Source: Hypanus sabinus (taxonomy: Eukaryota). From it: a stretch of DNA of 33,000 nt. Where the stretch lies: the NCBI RefSeq assembly GCF_030144855.1, contig NC_082731.1, positions 22,661,001-22,694,000 on the forward strand, in the 5' to 3' direction. The translations under genes were made by a program, and so were the position numbers. This document shows, in pieces, positions 31,060 to 33,000 of the stretch (positions are counted from its first letter, which is position 1; each line of letters starts with the position of its first letter). Under the pieces are notes generated by a model, which saw only the letters and a list, made by a program, of their open reading frames with translations, had not been told where the DNA came from and made no database searches.

Positions 31060-33000
31060 GAGAACGGACTCGGGTCTCTGGAGGAACTCGTTCCCAGAAA
31101 TCAGCAAGGGGACCACCAAACGCCCAAGCCTTTATTTCAGCTGGGCTGGTTGGACCCCGTTCCAGCATGTGCCTACGGATAGAAGGAGTTTCTGCAAAAG
31201 CCATCCTCGACACAGGATCGCAGGTTAACTTATTGTACATGTCGTTCTACAAAAAATATCTAAAGCACTTGCCAGTAACCCCATTTCACCCCCTGGAGAT
31301 TTGGGGTGTAAGTGAGGGCAATTATCCATACGATAAGGACTTGTCAGAGAGATTACAATTCTCGGAGGGCGATGTGACAGCGTCTGAAGCTACTCAGACG
31401 CTGCTATTGGTTTGTCTGGAACCGGTGGAAACAGGTGGCGCTTCTCTTTTGCTCGGGACTAACTCCCCTCCTGTGCACGGCTCGTCGGGGGCCTGTAAAG
31501 AGAAGGCGGCGAGAACATTCTGGAGACCCTGTCGGTACCCCCAGTGTTTCGAGCAGTGTTTGAATAAGTGACCCCCGATGGCTATATCTTGAGTGCGAAC
31601 GTGGGACGGTGTGGTTTACGCAGACGATGTCTAAAGTGATAGGGCCAAGGCTCAACTGATGGGGATCCCCAGATTCCCCGGAGTGCCGGCGGGCGAAGCC
31701 CTGTTTGTAGACGCCCCGGAAGATCTCGAGGGGGAGTAACGATTTCCGGCGGGGGTGCTAGTTAGGTCCGAAGTGCCATGGCCGGCGGAGGAAAATGGGA
31801 GGCAGATAGCCGTGAGGGTCAGGAACACTACGGAGAGAGAAATCGCCGTTAAGAGAGGGATGCTGCTGGCACATTTGGTCCCCAGTGACGGTAATGGGAC
31901 TGTGAGGCCCATGAAGGGGGAAGCTTTGGCAAACCGGAAAGCTGAGCGCTGAGTCCGTTAACTTTGGGGATTCTCCTGTGCCGCCGGCATGGAAAGGCAG
32001 GCTGGTGGAGAAGATGTTGAAGCGATGAATGTTGTTTTTTATTTTATTTTGCTCTTGGCAAGTTGATGTGGTTTGCACCAAGAGCACTCGCCATACCATC
32101 GGAGTGACTGAGGAAAGCTCGTCCAGAGAGAGGTCACGGAGACTGGCCACAGTAGATATGTAAGACTTGCGGCAGCATTTGTGCAAGTTGAAGGAAGCTG
32201 GAATCATTGCTGATTCCCGAAGCCCCTATGCTTCCCCAATAGTATTGGTCCGGAAGAAGAACGGAAGGGTACACAACTGCGTGCACTATAGGACCTTGAA
32301 CCGGCGCACTGTCCCTGAACACTATACCGTTCCAAAGGTCCAAGAGGCGCTGCGCTGCCTCAGTGGAGCGAAGTGGTTTACTGTGCTGGACTTAAGGAGT
32401 GGATATTACCATATCCCGATTAGTTAGGCCGATAAAGAGAAGACGGCCTATATCCTCCCACAGGGTTTTCTTCAAATCGAACGAATGCCCCAAGGCAAAT
32501 TGGGGGTCTCAGCCACCTTCCAGAGGCTCATGGTGAGGACTGTGGGGGAAATGAACATGGTCGAAGTGTTGGTGTATCTGGATGATCTTATAGTGTTTGC
32601 ATCTACATTGGAGGATCATGAGGAGAGGCTGCAGTAGGTCTTAAGCCCGTCTTAAGGAGGAATGGTTGAAACATTCACTGGACAAATGCCAGTTCCGTAA
32701 GCCGTCGGTCGGCTATGCTGGCCACATAATTTCGCGAGAAGGAGTGGCTACTGATCAGACTAAGATAGTCGCAGTGACCACCTTGCCGTGATCCCAGAAG
32801 TTGAGCGCACTACGCTCGTTTTTGGGGTTCTGTGGGTATTACCGGCGATTCGTGAAAGGATACACTAAGGATATACTATTATGTGGCAATCCCCCAGTGG
32901 GCAAAAAAAGAAGGGGGATCGAGGGCAATAAACAGGAGGGTTCTGGAACCCGGCGGAGACTTTTGGATCGAGATGGGTTGACAAATGTGAGGAAGCGTTC
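31056..33000 (+). pseudogene. Gypsy pol (aspartic protease, RT, start of connection/RNase H region), frameshifted
   Basis: AILDTGSQV (DTG at 31209-31217). RT RQHLCKLKEAGII..SRSPYASPIVLVRKKNG...WFTVLDLRSGYYHI, with YLDD at 32575-32586. In-frame stops, e.g. TAG after HIPIS. Confidence 0.92.

Larger units (their letters stand above)
29006..33000 (+). mobile_element. Ty3/Gypsy LTR retrotransposon (PNMA-like gag, PR, RT), degraded, continues beyond the window
   Basis: Order LTR-gag-PR-RT with diagnostic motifs (see the gag and pol entries). Confidence 0.92.

Noticed and set aside
1-33000. CRISPR array or prokaryotic system
   Set aside because: The sequence is vertebrate-type and repeat-derived. 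The tandem repeats have no unique spacers and no cas-like ORFs are present.

Overview
Eukaryotic, repeat-dense window with no recognisable host protein-coding or RNA gene. It is probably from a cartilaginous fish, likely a ray or skate, inferred from the CR1 3' tails, Penelope 3' ends and mariner end. Most of it is decayed, nested transposon remnants: several CR1 LINEs (one near full length at 9165-12970), a Crack/L2-group LINE, an RTE-like LINE, two Penelope-like ends, a HERO-like non-LTR fragment, a Sushi-ichi-like Gypsy fragment, a solo LTR with a 27-bp tandem array, and the 5' 4 kb of a Gypsy element with a PNMA-like gag that runs off the right end. Two features go beyond an ordinary repeat list. 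First, the region is an old tandem segmental duplication: three paralogous blocks share the same TE junctions, so events can be ordered. Second, nearly all independent insertions between 1 and 27.5 kb lie on the minus strand and CpG looks poorly depleted, which would fit a uni-strand piRNA-cluster-like or otherwise plus-transcribed locus (hypothesis only). All family calls come from manual translation and recalled consensus motifs, not database searches. Boundaries of old elements are approximate (tens of bp). There is a 200-N gap at 3451-3650.
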